In this document: positions 17,617 through 25,043 of the stretch, one piece after another | How the letters are laid out: each line of letters starts with the position of its first letter | Numbering within the stretch: the stretch's first letter is position 1 | IMG/VR virus record: IMGVR_UViG_3300030099_001111 | Location: 1 to 52,426 of that record | Strand: one strand, 5' to 3' | Source: a virus | Taxonomy: Duplodnaviria; Caudoviricetes | Length of the DNA: 52,426 nucleotides | Position numbers and translations under genes: made by a program | Notes under the pieces: generated by a model | Databases searched by the model: none | What the model was told of the DNA's origin: nothing | What the model saw: the letters and a program-made list of their open reading frames with translations, nothing else

Positions 17617-17838
17617 TTAAACTACTTCTATCTGGTTAATATTTTTATAACCTTGAACACTCACAATATCTTGTACCGCTTCCGTCCAATTATTGAAAGG
17701 TCTTTTTTCATCAGCTAACCAATTTTCGAAAACTCCCTCTGTGCAGTCCTCAAAACCTACTAATAAATTTGCCTCGTCATCTAATGAGCCGAAGCAGTCT
17801 ACTACTAAGCCTTGATATTTTATCGTTACTTTTTCCAT
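17617..17838 (-). CDS. Early hypothetical protein (73 aa)
   Basis: AAGGAG RBS, flanked by cassette repeats. Confidence 0.75.
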   Translation of the reverse strand: MEKVTIKYQGLVVDCFGSLDDEANLLVGFEDCTEGVFENWLADEKRPFNNWTEAVQDIVSVQGYKNINQIEVV

Positions 17839-17894
17839 TTTTATTTACTCCTTAAGTAATAATTAATATATGAGTATTGAAGCACAACTTATAT

Positions 17895-17943
17895 AAAAAA
17901 GAAACCCCCAAATTAATGGGGGCTACTTTGGGGATTAGTTAAA
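17895..17943 (-). terminator. Cassette hairpin terminator 2 (mosaic of copies 1 and 3/4)
   Basis: CCCCC-AAATTAAT-GGGGG hairpin with a U-tract on the - strand. Confidence 0.75.
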
Positions 17944-17945
17944 GC

Positions 17946-18299
17946 TTAAGATATTTTATTATAAATAGCTTCATTATAGCCAATAACAAAGCCTAGCATT
18001 TCATCTTTACTGTTGAACCTTTTTAGGTCATGTCCGTAATAATGACCTAGAGTAATACTATATTTATTAAAGTATAAGCCCTCACTAGCTACGGCTTTTT
18101 TTGTAGCATAAGAATCATAACCATATTTAATAATATTCTTTTCAAACTTTGCACATTGAAAAGCATAATAATATTTATTATCCCCTCTTAATTGAAAGGT
18201 AATATTTTTTTTAGCTTCTTTAAACTCAAGTTCTCTTTCTTTATGAAATCTTTTAGTCATTTTAGCTGAAGCTAATTTAAATACTTCTAAATTATCCAT
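17946..18299 (-). CDS. Early hypothetical protein (117 aa)
   Basis: TAGGAG RBS inside the 90-nt cassette repeat. Confidence 0.75.
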   Translation of the reverse strand: MDNLEVFKLASAKMTKRFHKERELEFKEAKKNITFQLRGDNKYYYAFQCAKFEKNIIKYGYDSYATKKAVASEGLYFNKYSITLGHYYGHDLKRFNSKDEMLGFVIGYNEAIYNKIS

Positions 18300-18386
18300 T
18301 TTTAATTACTCCTAAATAGTTAATAAATTATTATAAACATATTTTATAGTAAAAAGAAACCCCCAAATTAATGGGGGTTCTTCAAG
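18297..18386 (-). repeat. 90-nt terminator/TATAAT/RBS/ATG cassette, copy A
   Basis: Identical to 18643-18732. Confidence 0.9.
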
Positions 18387-18399
18387 GGGATTATTAAGT

Positions 18400-18645
18400 T
18401 TATTTATCTGAATAAATATAAGCACTTACTAAGCTTTTTTGATTGGCATAGTAAAACTCAACAGCATTAGTAACCCTGTTAGTAATATTATAGCCTTGAG
18501 TGCTAAGGGTTTTTTTGTCGTTACTCAGAAACAAGTTATTGACAAATTGAATAAAGCCTAGGTCTTGGAAATCCCTAGGCATAAGAGCTGAGTTATAGTT
18601 AAAGTTTTTAACCCAGTAATTTAGTTTAGTATTTGAATCAATCAT
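18400..18645 (-). CDS. Early hypothetical protein (81 aa)
   Basis: Lies exactly between the two 90-nt repeats. Confidence 0.7.
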   Translation of the reverse strand: MIDSNTKLNYWVKNFNYNSALMPRDFQDLGFIQFVNNLFLSNDKKTLSTQGYNITNRVTNAVEFYYANQKSLVSAYIYSDK

Positions 18646-18732
18646 TTTTAATTACTCCTAAATAGTTAATAAATTATTATAAACATATTTTATAGTAAAA
18701 AGAAACCCCCAAATTAATGGGGGTTCTTCAAG
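18643..18732 (-). repeat. 90-nt terminator/TATAAT/RBS/ATG cassette, copy B
   Basis: Identical to 18297-18386. Confidence 0.9.
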
Positions 18733-18748
18733 TAGTAATGGTTACTTA

Positions 18749-19288
18749 CTAACCATAATATTCTGTTAATTCTTCTTGAGTTGCCTCCCGTTCCCACTCA
18801 TACTCACCTATTTTAAATATTTTAGATACTTTTTCAATGTCTAACCCGTGGTCAGTAGTATTCTTCAGATAGTATGTAAGGCTATCAGGGTCAAGATATT
18901 GCCCCTCATCCCAGCTCTTCTCCCATCTACCATACTCAGGCTCACTTACAGCTTTTAGAGGATTATTTTTAAAATCTTTTTGTGCCTGAAAAGGACACAT
19001 ATTGCTTGTCACAATATCATCCATATTACCAGTATATTTATCATAGCTTAAAGAAAATGAAAACATTTCCTCAATTAAATCAGCTACATATTCTGCTATG
19101 GTGTAATGAACCATATTAAAACTTGCAACATGTCCTGCATTAATATCATGCTTAGTAAGATAATTATTTTCTTCTTCACAGTCTATCCAGTATCTACATT
19201 CATTTAATCCTAATGCAATACCATATACTTTCATAATTATATTCCTGTCTTTAACAGACCTATCTTCATATTTTATATCGTTCTTCAT
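18749..19288 (-). CDS. Early hypothetical acidic protein (179 aa)
   Basis: TAGGAG RBS and its own promoter upstream. Confidence 0.75.
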   Translation of the reverse strand: MKNDIKYEDRSVKDRNIIMKVYGIALGLNECRYWIDCEEENNYLTKHDINAGHVASFNMVHYTIAEYVADLIEEMFSFSLSYDKYTGNMDDIVTSNMCPFQAQKDFKNNPLKAVSEPEYGRWEKSWDEGQYLDPDSLTYYLKNTTDHGLDIEKVSKIFKIGEYEWEREATQEELTEYYG

Positions 19289-19322
19289 TTTTATTTACTC
19301 CTAAATAGTTAAATTAATATAA

Positions 19323-19351
19323 AGTCTAAACAGACTTTTTAAACTTTGCAA
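19323..19351 (-). promoter_or_regulatory. Sigma70-like promoter for the leftward early genes
   Basis: TTGCAA-17 nt-TAGACT. Confidence 0.6.
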
Positions 19352-19599
19352 GAATTATTTTTCAAAAATCCCTAGCAGTTAAACTCTATTCTGTCAACAA
19401 ATATGACAAAATGCTTTATTTGCTGTTTTAATACTAGGACATCACTTAATTATTCCCTTTGTTTGTGTGTAAATCTGAGACATTGCATAACTAATATTTA
19501 TAGTCTTAGTGTTATACTATAACTAATAATTATATAAAGCTAAACAGTAAAACATAGTAAAGAATATCAAGATAATAAGATAAAAAGTTAAATAGATAC

Positions 19600-19627
19600 T
19601 TGACAAGACTATAAAACTATATAGACT
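19600..19627 (+). promoter_or_regulatory. Sigma70-like promoter
   Basis: TTGACA-16 nt-TAGACT. Confidence 0.55.
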
Positions 19628-19633
19628 TTATAG

Positions 19634-19728
19634 CTATGTAGTAGGGATAGAGTTTTGTCTATCCATCTTACTTTGTTCCTTACTACTGTTAATCTAAATT
19701 TTAAGGGCTACTTCGGTAGCCTTTTTTT
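19634..19728 (+). ncRNA. Candidate ~95-nt small RNA
   Basis: Bounded by the 19600 promoter and a UUCG terminator; stems GGAUAGA/UCUAUCC and GUAGUAG/CUUACUAC. Confidence 0.45.
19703..19728 (+). terminator. Intrinsic terminator
   Basis: AAGGGCTAC-TTCG-GTAGCCTTT followed by a T-run. Confidence 0.85.
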
Positions 19729-19750
19729 ATTTCTGCCCAAAACAAAGGGG

Positions 19751-19779
19751 TTGCAATTCCTCTAAGAGTGTGTTATAAT
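19751..19779 (+). promoter_or_regulatory. Strong sigma70 promoter with extended -10
   Basis: TTGCAA-17 nt-TATAAT, with TGnTATAAT. Confidence 0.8.
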
Positions 19780-19839
19780 ATAGGTTCTAGCCGATAGAGC
19801 TAGTTGTTTTTTTAAACTTAATTTAAGGATATATGAAAA

Positions 19840-20160
19840 ATGAATGTTGATGAAACAGTTCTTATTCGTTTAACAATATCTGATAGAACCATTGAGTATC
19901 TTAGACAAAATGGTGAATTCGATATTGAATTAGTGCCTTATCAAATGAATGGTAAAGAATTTACTGTTGTTTGTATAGGAAAATTAGAAGATGATTCTAC
20001 TATTATTAACCATTGTAAAGATAGCTATGCTCATTCATGGTTTACTAGTGGACATGAGAACACTCCAAAGTTTAAAGCTTGGGAAGAAGTTATTGCTTAT
20101 GCTTCTTCTCCGGAAGATGGTCTTTGTCCTCACTTTTTAGTAGTTAATAGAGAAGAGTAA
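19840..20160 (+). CDS. Early hypothetical protein (106 aa)
   Basis: Has its own promoter, RBS and terminator. Confidence 0.75.
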   Translation: MNVDETVLIRLTISDRTIEYLRQNGEFDIELVPYQMNGKEFTVVCIGKLEDDSTIINHCKDSYAHSWFTSGHENTPKFKAWEEVIAYASSPEDGLCPHFLVVNREE

Positions 20161-20165
20161 AAATT

Positions 20166-20194
20166 AAAGGGCTATTTAGGTAGCCCTTTTTTTT
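20166..20194 (+). terminator. Intrinsic terminator
   Basis: AAAGGGCTA-loop-TAGCCCTTT plus T-run; related to 19703-19728. Confidence 0.8.
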
Positions 20195-20220
20195 CGCCTA
20201 AAAAAAACTAAAAATATTGC

Positions 20221-20249
20221 TTGACATACTTGACAGCATGGCTTAAGTT
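20221..20249 (+). promoter_or_regulatory. Sigma70-like promoter of the rightward early operon
   Basis: TTGACA-17 nt-TAAGTT; a second TTGACA at 20230. Confidence 0.55.
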
Positions 20250-20280
20250 GTAAGAGTTAATTATTTTAAGGAGTAACTAA

Positions 20281-20463
20281 ATGAAAACTTACAGAGTAAA
20301 AAGCATAACTGACCAAATAGAAGTTATAGAAGTTAAAGCTAAAACTGCTGAGGAAGCCGAAGAACTTGTTTTGGGTGGTGACTATGTATTAGACCCTGCT
20401 TTTAAAGTAGTGTCAGAAACTTATGAGAATCAAGAGATTGTTTCAGTACAGGAGAGTGCATGA
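20281..20463 (+). CDS. Small early protein, MKTYxV...EVxAxxxEEA type (DpnD/PcfM-like)
   Basis: AAGGAG RBS; motif shared with 22687-22860. Confidence 0.7.
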   Translation: MKTYRVKSITDQIEVIEVKAKTAEEAEELVLGGDYVLDPAFKVVSETYENQEIVSVQESA

Positions 20464-20606
20464 TGGAAAAACTAACTGAACACGAATTATTTAAAAGACT
20501 TGATAACGAGTTTTATGATGTGGACTTTAGTGTGCGAGACTGTGCGACTAAAGGTGTAGTAGCTATGGTTTATTTTTATGAAGATAAATTTGAGGAGAGT
20601 GCATGA
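20463..20606 (+). CDS. Small early protein (47 aa)
   Basis: MEKLTEHELFKRLDNEFYDVDF...KFEESA, fills the gap between two junction repeats. Confidence 0.6.
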   Translation: MEKLTEHELFKRLDNEFYDVDFSVRDCATKGVVAMVYFYEDKFEESA

Positions 20607-20965
20607 TGTCTAATTTATCAAATATAACAGCAAATGGTAATGTAGAAAGTAAAAATGGGGAGCATTTTGCTAATGAACTTCATAAAGTGGCTGATATGTT
20701 AAGACTAGAAGAAAAAGAATTTTTACAGTCTTATTCTTACTTATCAGAAAAAGATTATTATTTAACAATTAAATTTATTCTTAACTTAATTAAAGAACAT
20801 TATCGAACTCAATACCCAAATGAACCTATTAATAAAGTTATTGATACTGATACTTTCGATGAAATGTGGGGAAAAGAAATATATGAAACTTGGGGTAAAG
20901 AATTTTATGAACTAATAGAAGATAAAGATGTTTTAAATTATTACCAAACAAGGGAGAGTGCATGA
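20603..20965 (+). CDS. Early protein with FLxSYSYL motif
   Basis: GGAG RBS, translationally coupled. Confidence 0.7.
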   Translation: MMSNLSNITANGNVESKNGEHFANELHKVADMLRLEEKEFLQSYSYLSEKDYYLTIKFILNLIKEHYRTQYPNEPINKVIDTDTFDEMWGKEIYETWGKEFYELIEDKDVLNYYQTRESA

Positions 20966-21138
20966 TGAAAAGTTGGACTAGCACAATAACATATTCTGTA
21001 TTCGATATGGGTAGAGAGTGTAAAACAGAAGAAGAATATAAAGAATGGGTTAAACAGTCTTTTAGAGAAGAACATAATATTGAGCTTGAGGATAGAGACA
21101 TAACCGATATTGAATTTGAGGATGTGAATGATGAGTAA
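20965..21138 (+). CDS. Small acidic early protein (57 aa)
   Basis: MKSWTSTITYSVFDMGRECKTEEEYKEWVKQSF...; starts at a junction repeat. Confidence 0.6.
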   Translation: MKSWTSTITYSVFDMGRECKTEEEYKEWVKQSFREEHNIELEDRDITDIEFEDVNDE

Positions 21139-21343
21139 AGAGTTCAAAGATTTTTATAAATGGTCGTCTGATAAGTTAAATGAATTAAATTGTTTAGATG
21201 ATACAAGCAAAGAAGCAGAAAAAATAAAAATAGAAATGGGATATTCTGCTGATGCTGACTATTGGGATATAAGCCATGATGTAGTAAAGATAAGAGACTT
21301 TGTTGATTGGTATGAAGAATGGAAACAAAAGGAGACTGTATGA
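21128..21343 (+). CDS. Small early protein
   Basis: GAGG RBS, tight operon packing. Confidence 0.65.
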   Translation: MMSKEFKDFYKWSSDKLNELNCLDDTSKEAEKIKIEMGYSADADYWDISHDVVKIRDFVDWYEEWKQKETV

Positions 21344-21495
21344 AAATAACTGGCTATAAATTAGTAATCTATTATGAGGACGGAGCTACGGAAGATATTG
21401 TAGATATCCCTCACCATATAGAAAAAAGAATTGAATCGCATTTAGACGAACTAGAAGCAGAAATGGAATATGAGGAGATTGAAGATGAATTATAA
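21340..21495 (+). CDS. Small acidic early protein (51 aa)
   Basis: GGAG RBS, ATGA overlap; MKITGYKLVIYYEDG... Confidence 0.6.
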   Translation: MKITGYKLVIYYEDGATEDIVDIPHHIEKRIESHLDELEAEMEYEEIEDEL

Positions 21496-21631
21496 AGACT
21501 TTACAGACGATAAAGAAAAGATGATAGATTTTAAACTCTTATCTAAAACAAAGTTTCTCTCTTCTTATTCTTATTTGACTGAAGAAGAATACAACTTGAC
21601 TAAACAAAATGTGGAGAATGATAATGAGTGA
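21485..21631 (+). CDS. Small early protein with FLSSYSYLTEEEY motif (48 aa)
   Basis: GAGGAG RBS; motif shared with 20603-20965. Confidence 0.65.
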   Translation: MNYKDFTDDKEKMIDFKLLSKTKFLSSYSYLTEEEYNLTKQNVENDNE

Positions 21632-21812
21632 AGTAAAAGTTGATAGAAGAACACCAAATGCAATATATGTTGAGGTTGGTGATATGACTGTGTATATTGA
21701 CAACTCTACACTAGAGCAGATTGTTGATATATTTTTTGATGATGATGTCCCTTACTTACAACAAAGAGAATATAGAAAAGCAATGATTACTAAACTGATG
21801 GACGAATTATGA
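21624..21812 (+). CDS. Small early protein
   Basis: GGAG RBS before ATG 21624, same frame as ORF-track 21609. Confidence 0.6.
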   Translation: MSEVKVDRRTPNAIYVEVGDMTVYIDNSTLEQIVDIFFDDDVPYLQQREYRKAMITKLMDEL

Positions 21813-22066
21813 GTGATGAAGAGAATACTAAAATACTAGAACATATTAGTTTTGTGATAACAGGACTGAATGTGTTTCGTGACCGAGAGGATTTACTAAC
21901 TGATTTGTTTAACCATGTGGAAGCAGAACTATTGAGTAATCCTATACCCATTACAGATGAAAATATTGTAAAGTCTGTGATAAGCTTTATGGAGAGCCTG
22001 TGTATTGATGCAGTTTCTTCAAAAGATTTAGAAGAAATGGCAGAACAAGCGAGGACTACCCTTTAA
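21809..22066 (+). CDS. Early hypothetical protein (85 aa)
   Basis: ATGA overlap with the upstream gene. Confidence 0.65.
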   Translation: MSDEENTKILEHISFVITGLNVFRDREDLLTDLFNHVEAELLSNPIPITDENIVKSVISFMESLCIDAVSSKDLEEMAEQARTTL

Positions 22067-22113
22067 ATTAACTAACTCATTCGATACTATAAGGGTAGTT
22101 TTTGTTTAAAAGT

Positions 22114-22230
22114 TTACGACTGGGGTGTAACAGGAAGCAAATATTTAATTATTTATTTCATATACTCCTAAGTTACCCTAGTCGTAATTTAATAGTCTCT
22201 TGCTAGTTTAGACTTGAAACCGAACTAGCA
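22114..22230 (+). ncRNA. Candidate structured RNA: long stem with an anti-RBS loop plus a second hairpin
   Basis: TTACGACTGGGG..GTAAC pairs with GTTACCCTAGTCGTAA; the loop has CATATACTCCTAA; TGCTAGTT/AACTAGCA hairpin at 22201-22230. Confidence 0.5.
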
Positions 22231-22251
22231 CTTAGTTAAACGGAGGTAATT

Positions 22252-22497
22252 ATGACTAAGACTGAAATATATATTAAACTTACGGACTTACAGACCGGAG
22301 CATTAAAACATCTAACTGAAAAGCTTAGAAGTTTTAATAGACATTGTATTGATAGAGAGCTAGAAAGACCTGAAGGTGATGAAGATTATTCTTATGTTGC
22401 TAGTTGTGCTATTGACCTAGACTATCTAGAAACTATCAATAATGAAGTATCAGAAATCTTAGAACAGTTGGAGAAACATAAGCTTTATGATAGGTGA
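22252..22497 (+). CDS. Hypothetical protein (81 aa)
   Basis: GGAGG RBS. Confidence 0.7.
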   Translation: MTKTEIYIKLTDLQTGALKHLTEKLRSFNRHCIDRELERPEGDEDYSYVASCAIDLDYLETINNEVSEILEQLEKHKLYDR

Positions 22498-22678
22498 GCT
22501 GATTTCACAATACGGTAGACCGCAAAGCCGAGAAGCTTTTATCTTTAAAAACCGAAAAGGGTTTTTTGTTGAGCTTTATCGTGAAACTATGCTAGTTAGG
22601 GTGGTCGAATGCTTTAACCATTCCGAAAGCTATGCTGAAGATGTCGCAGAGAATTGGGTACAAAAAATTTTAAACTGA
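22487..22678 (+). CDS. Small phage protein (HSExYAEDxAENWV type)
   Basis: Motif recurrent in marine phages. Confidence 0.7.
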   Translation: MIGELISQYGRPQSREAFIFKNRKGFFVELYRETMLVRVVECFNHSESYAEDVAENWVQKILN

Positions 22679-22686
22679 GGTGACTT

Positions 22687-22860
22687 ATGAAAACTTATGT
22701 CGTTCATGCTATACAACCAACACACTACAAACTAGAAGTACAAGCTAAGTCTATTAAAGAAGCTTTAAAAGTTGCTGAAGAGACTGGAGCTAGTGATTGG
22801 TCTTTCATTGAATACGGAGCATGGGAGTATGACCATATTGGTGAGGTTTTTAATGAGTAA
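22687..22860 (+). CDS. Small protein, paralogue of 20281-20463
   Basis: GAGGT RBS; MKTYVVHAIQPTHYKLEVQAKSIKEALKVAE. Confidence 0.65.
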   Translation: MKTYVVHAIQPTHYKLEVQAKSIKEALKVAEETGASDWSFIEYGAWEYDHIGEVFNE

Positions 22861-22960
22861 TTTAATAGAATTACTACTTGCCCTTATATTCTTTTTTGTG
22901 TTAGGCTTTTTTGTGTGGGAATCAACTAAGTTGGTTGATGACAAGAAGAGGAAGAAGTAA
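22853..22960 (+). CDS. Small single-pass membrane protein (35 aa)
   Basis: GAGGT RBS before ATG 22853; hydrophobic helix and basic tail. Confidence 0.6.
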   Translation: MSNLIELLLALIFFFVLGFFVWESTKLVDDKKRKK

Positions 22961-23100
22961 TGGATTTATTTTTAAAACTTTGTACTGATATAGTTAAAGA
23001 ATTAACGGAAGACTTACCAGCTGAGCAAAACCTTGAGTATTGTGAGGACTGTGGTGACCCTGTTGATAAGTGTTCTGGTTACAAGTGTTGGATAAGATGA
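22960..23100 (+). CDS. Small Cys-rich, putative Zn-binding protein (46 aa)
   Basis: ...EYCEDCGDPVDKCSGYKCWIR; TAATG coupling. Confidence 0.6.
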   Translation: MDLFLKLCTDIVKELTEDLPAEQNLEYCEDCGDPVDKCSGYKCWIR

Positions 23101-23288
23101 GAACTAGACCGATAGATGTTTTCTTTATGAAAAAATTTAATGAGTATTGTAACGAACAATTATATTTTAATACTTTAACAAAACAAAAAAACTTTGAAGA
23201 CTTTATAACTACTAATAAAAGTTTTTTAGTAGCTTTGTATGTGAAACAAAGGAGAATGAATAAATTAATTATAAAGATGGAGGAATAA
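23097..23288 (+). CDS. Hypothetical protein
   Basis: ATGA overlap; same frame as ORF-track 23070. Confidence 0.55.
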   Translation: MRTRPIDVFFMKKFNEYCNEQLYFNTLTKQKNFEDFITTNKSFLVALYVKQRRMNKLIIKMEE

Positions 23289-24026
23289 ATGAAAAATTTA
23301 GTAATATCAACTTTAATAACTTTAGTGTTGGTAACTGCTACTTATGTATTGCTTGGTAATTATGTCAAGCAAACTGTGAGTGACACACCAGCTTATGTCG
23401 AAGAATTTAATAAGACTAAACAAGTTTTATTAGCTAGGCTTGATAGTTTAGAAACAGAGAATGCCGAATTAAAATTAGAAAATGATGGTATCTTTCAAAC
23501 TGTATTGATAGCAGAACGAAATTTAAAAACTTTAGAAAACTTTACTAGACAGGTCGAAGCAGACTATCTTAGTTTACAAGATGAGTTTTTAATTATGCAA
23601 GGAGATTTAATACTGATAAAACAAGACGGTGTTATTTTAAAAACCCAAACAAACAGCAGTATTGCTGAATTAAAAGCAATGTTAGCCTTGTTACAAACGA
23701 AGCCCTCAGAGGCGATAGTAGAGCCTGTAAAAGCAGAGCCTTATGTTGTCTCTAATGAGGTAGAAAAAGTTGTAGCAGAGCCTGTGGCTTGTCCTAAGCC
23801 TATAAAAAATAGAAGTTTCTCTTATTATATTAAGAATGTTAGTTTAAGTAGGTCTGTGGCTTTTAGAATTGTGTATGATTTAGAGTTGGGAGAGCCTACT
23901 AATATAGAGTTTGAAGCGAATCCACCTGTCAGTTTACGAAGAGCTACTATTAGATATTTAAATAGTTTAGATTTTGGGGAGGCTACTGCTGAAAACTGTT
24001 CAATTCCCTTTAAGGTTAATGTTTGA
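23289..24026 (+). CDS. Membrane-anchored coiled-coil protein with possible TonB C-terminal-like domain
   Basis: N-terminal TM helix, long coiled coil, EPV-rich linker, ~80-aa C-terminal domain. Confidence 0.7.
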   Translation: MKNLVISTLITLVLVTATYVLLGNYVKQTVSDTPAYVEEFNKTKQVLLARLDSLETENAELKLENDGIFQTVLIAERNLKTLENFTRQVEADYLSLQDEFLIMQGDLILIKQDGVILKTQTNSSIAELKAMLALLQTKPSEAIVEPVKAEPYVVSNEVEKVVAEPVACPKPIKNRSFSYYIKNVSLSRSVAFRIVYDLELGEPTNIEFEANPPVSLRRATIRYLNSLDFGEATAENCSIPFKVNV

Positions 24027-24226
24027 TTATGACTGAAAGTATTGTTTTAAATAAAGAATTATTTAGAAAATTTGATAATTTTGTTATTAAAAATTATGAA
24101 AATATTTTTAATAAAGATAAAGTAGTTTATGAGGTTGAATTTTTAGGTAATGAAAACTTTAGAATTACTTTACACAACAATAAAGCTATGTCTTTAGGTA
24201 AAATAATTGCAGAAATTGCTGTTTAG
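24023..24226 (+). CDS. Hypothetical protein
   Basis: AAGG RBS, likely ATG 24029. Confidence 0.6.
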   Translation: MIMTESIVLNKELFRKFDNFVIKNYENIFNKDKVVYEVEFLGNENFRITLHNNKAMSLGKIIAEIAV

Positions 24227-24229
24227 CTA

Positions 24230-24257
24230 TTGACAAGGTTTTTAAATTTTCTATAAT
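24230..24257 (+). promoter_or_regulatory. Sigma70 promoter of the replication operon
   Basis: TTGACA-16 nt-TATAAT. Confidence 0.8.
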
Positions 24258-24290
24258 ATTCTATGAAATTGTGCCGAAACGGAGGAATCT

Positions 24291-24728
24291 ATGGCAATAC
24301 AAGAAGGAATAGCTTATTGGGCTAGTGTTACGACTCCAAATACTAAGTTTGAACCTGTTTATACAGTAGACTTAGTAGTGAGTGACGATGTCGCCAAAGA
24401 CTTTGAAAGTCGTGGTTTTAAAGTAAAAGAGATTACCATGAATGACGAAGTTGTTGGAAAAGCAATTACATTTAAGAGAAAGGTTAATGGACCAAATGGT
24501 TTGGTTCGTCAACCTCCTAAACTTTTAGATGCAAATAAAGTACCTTTAGATGAGTTGGTTGGTAATGGCTCTAAAGTCAAAGTCCAGTATAATGAGTGGG
24601 AGACATCTAATAAGTATGGAGACTTTAAAGGCTTGGATTTTCAAGCCATGCAAGTAATTGATTTAGTTCAATATAAATCTAGTGATGGTTCAGAGTTTGA
24701 TGTCATCGAAGGAGGAGAAGAGTTCTAA
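24291..24728 (+). CDS. Single-stranded DNA-binding protein, T7 gp2.5-like
   Basis: GIAYWASV..PNTKF, VGNGSKVKV, QAMQVIDLV, acidic tail ending in Phe. Confidence 0.85.
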   Translation: MAIQEGIAYWASVTTPNTKFEPVYTVDLVVSDDVAKDFESRGFKVKEITMNDEVVGKAITFKRKVNGPNGLVRQPPKLLDANKVPLDELVGNGSKVKVQYNEWETSNKYGDFKGLDFQAMQVIDLVQYKSSDGSEFDVIEGGEEF

Positions 24729-24979
24729 TGATTATTAGTATCAAAAACGAAGAAGGTGAAGTTACTAACTTTGATGTTAGTGCAATAGCTGATGAGCAAA
24801 AGAAAAATGATGCTACTGTTATGGTAAATAAGGTAGGTAATCTTTCTGTTATTATCGAAGCTTTAGACTTTGCTAGTCGTACACACAGAGCAAACTTAGA
24901 AGAGCTATTAAAAGGCTGTCCTGAGTCGCAAGTGGAAGAGGATGCTGAAGAATCTACTGAAGATTCTGAGGAAACCTAA
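24728..24979 (+). CDS. Small acidic hypothetical protein
   Basis: Coupled to SSB, followed by a terminator. Confidence 0.7.
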   Translation: MIISIKNEEGEVTNFDVSAIADEQKKNDATVMVNKVGNLSVIIEALDFASRTHRANLEELLKGCPESQVEEDAEESTEDSEET

Positions 24980-25003
24980 CCACACTTTTTATCATAAATT
25001 TAG

Positions 25004-25033
25004 ATAGGGTGTCTTCGGATGCCCTATTTTTTT
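25004..25033 (+). terminator. Intrinsic terminator/attenuator before primase
   Basis: ATAGGGTGTC-TTCG-GATGCCCTAT plus T-run. Confidence 0.85.
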
Positions 25034-25043
25034 GAGGTCAAAG

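Larger units (their letters stand above)
20451..20967 (+). repeat. 15-nt gene-junction repeat GGAGAGTGCATGATG x3
   Basis: Exact copies at 20451, 20594 and 20953 (RBS plus overlapping stop/start). Confidence 0.85.

Noticed and set aside
17568-18732. CRISPR array
   Set aside because: Repeats are about 45-90 nt, are separated by whole ORFs, contain terminators and RBSs, and no cas operon is present.
20838-21147. - strand ORFs 20838-21101 and 20941-21147
   Set aside because: Antisense to RBS-supported + strand early genes.
16897-22250. tRNA genes in the intergenic regions
   Set aside because: No cloverleaf with a GTTCRA T-loop and acceptor stem was found by eye; tRNAscan-SE would settle it.
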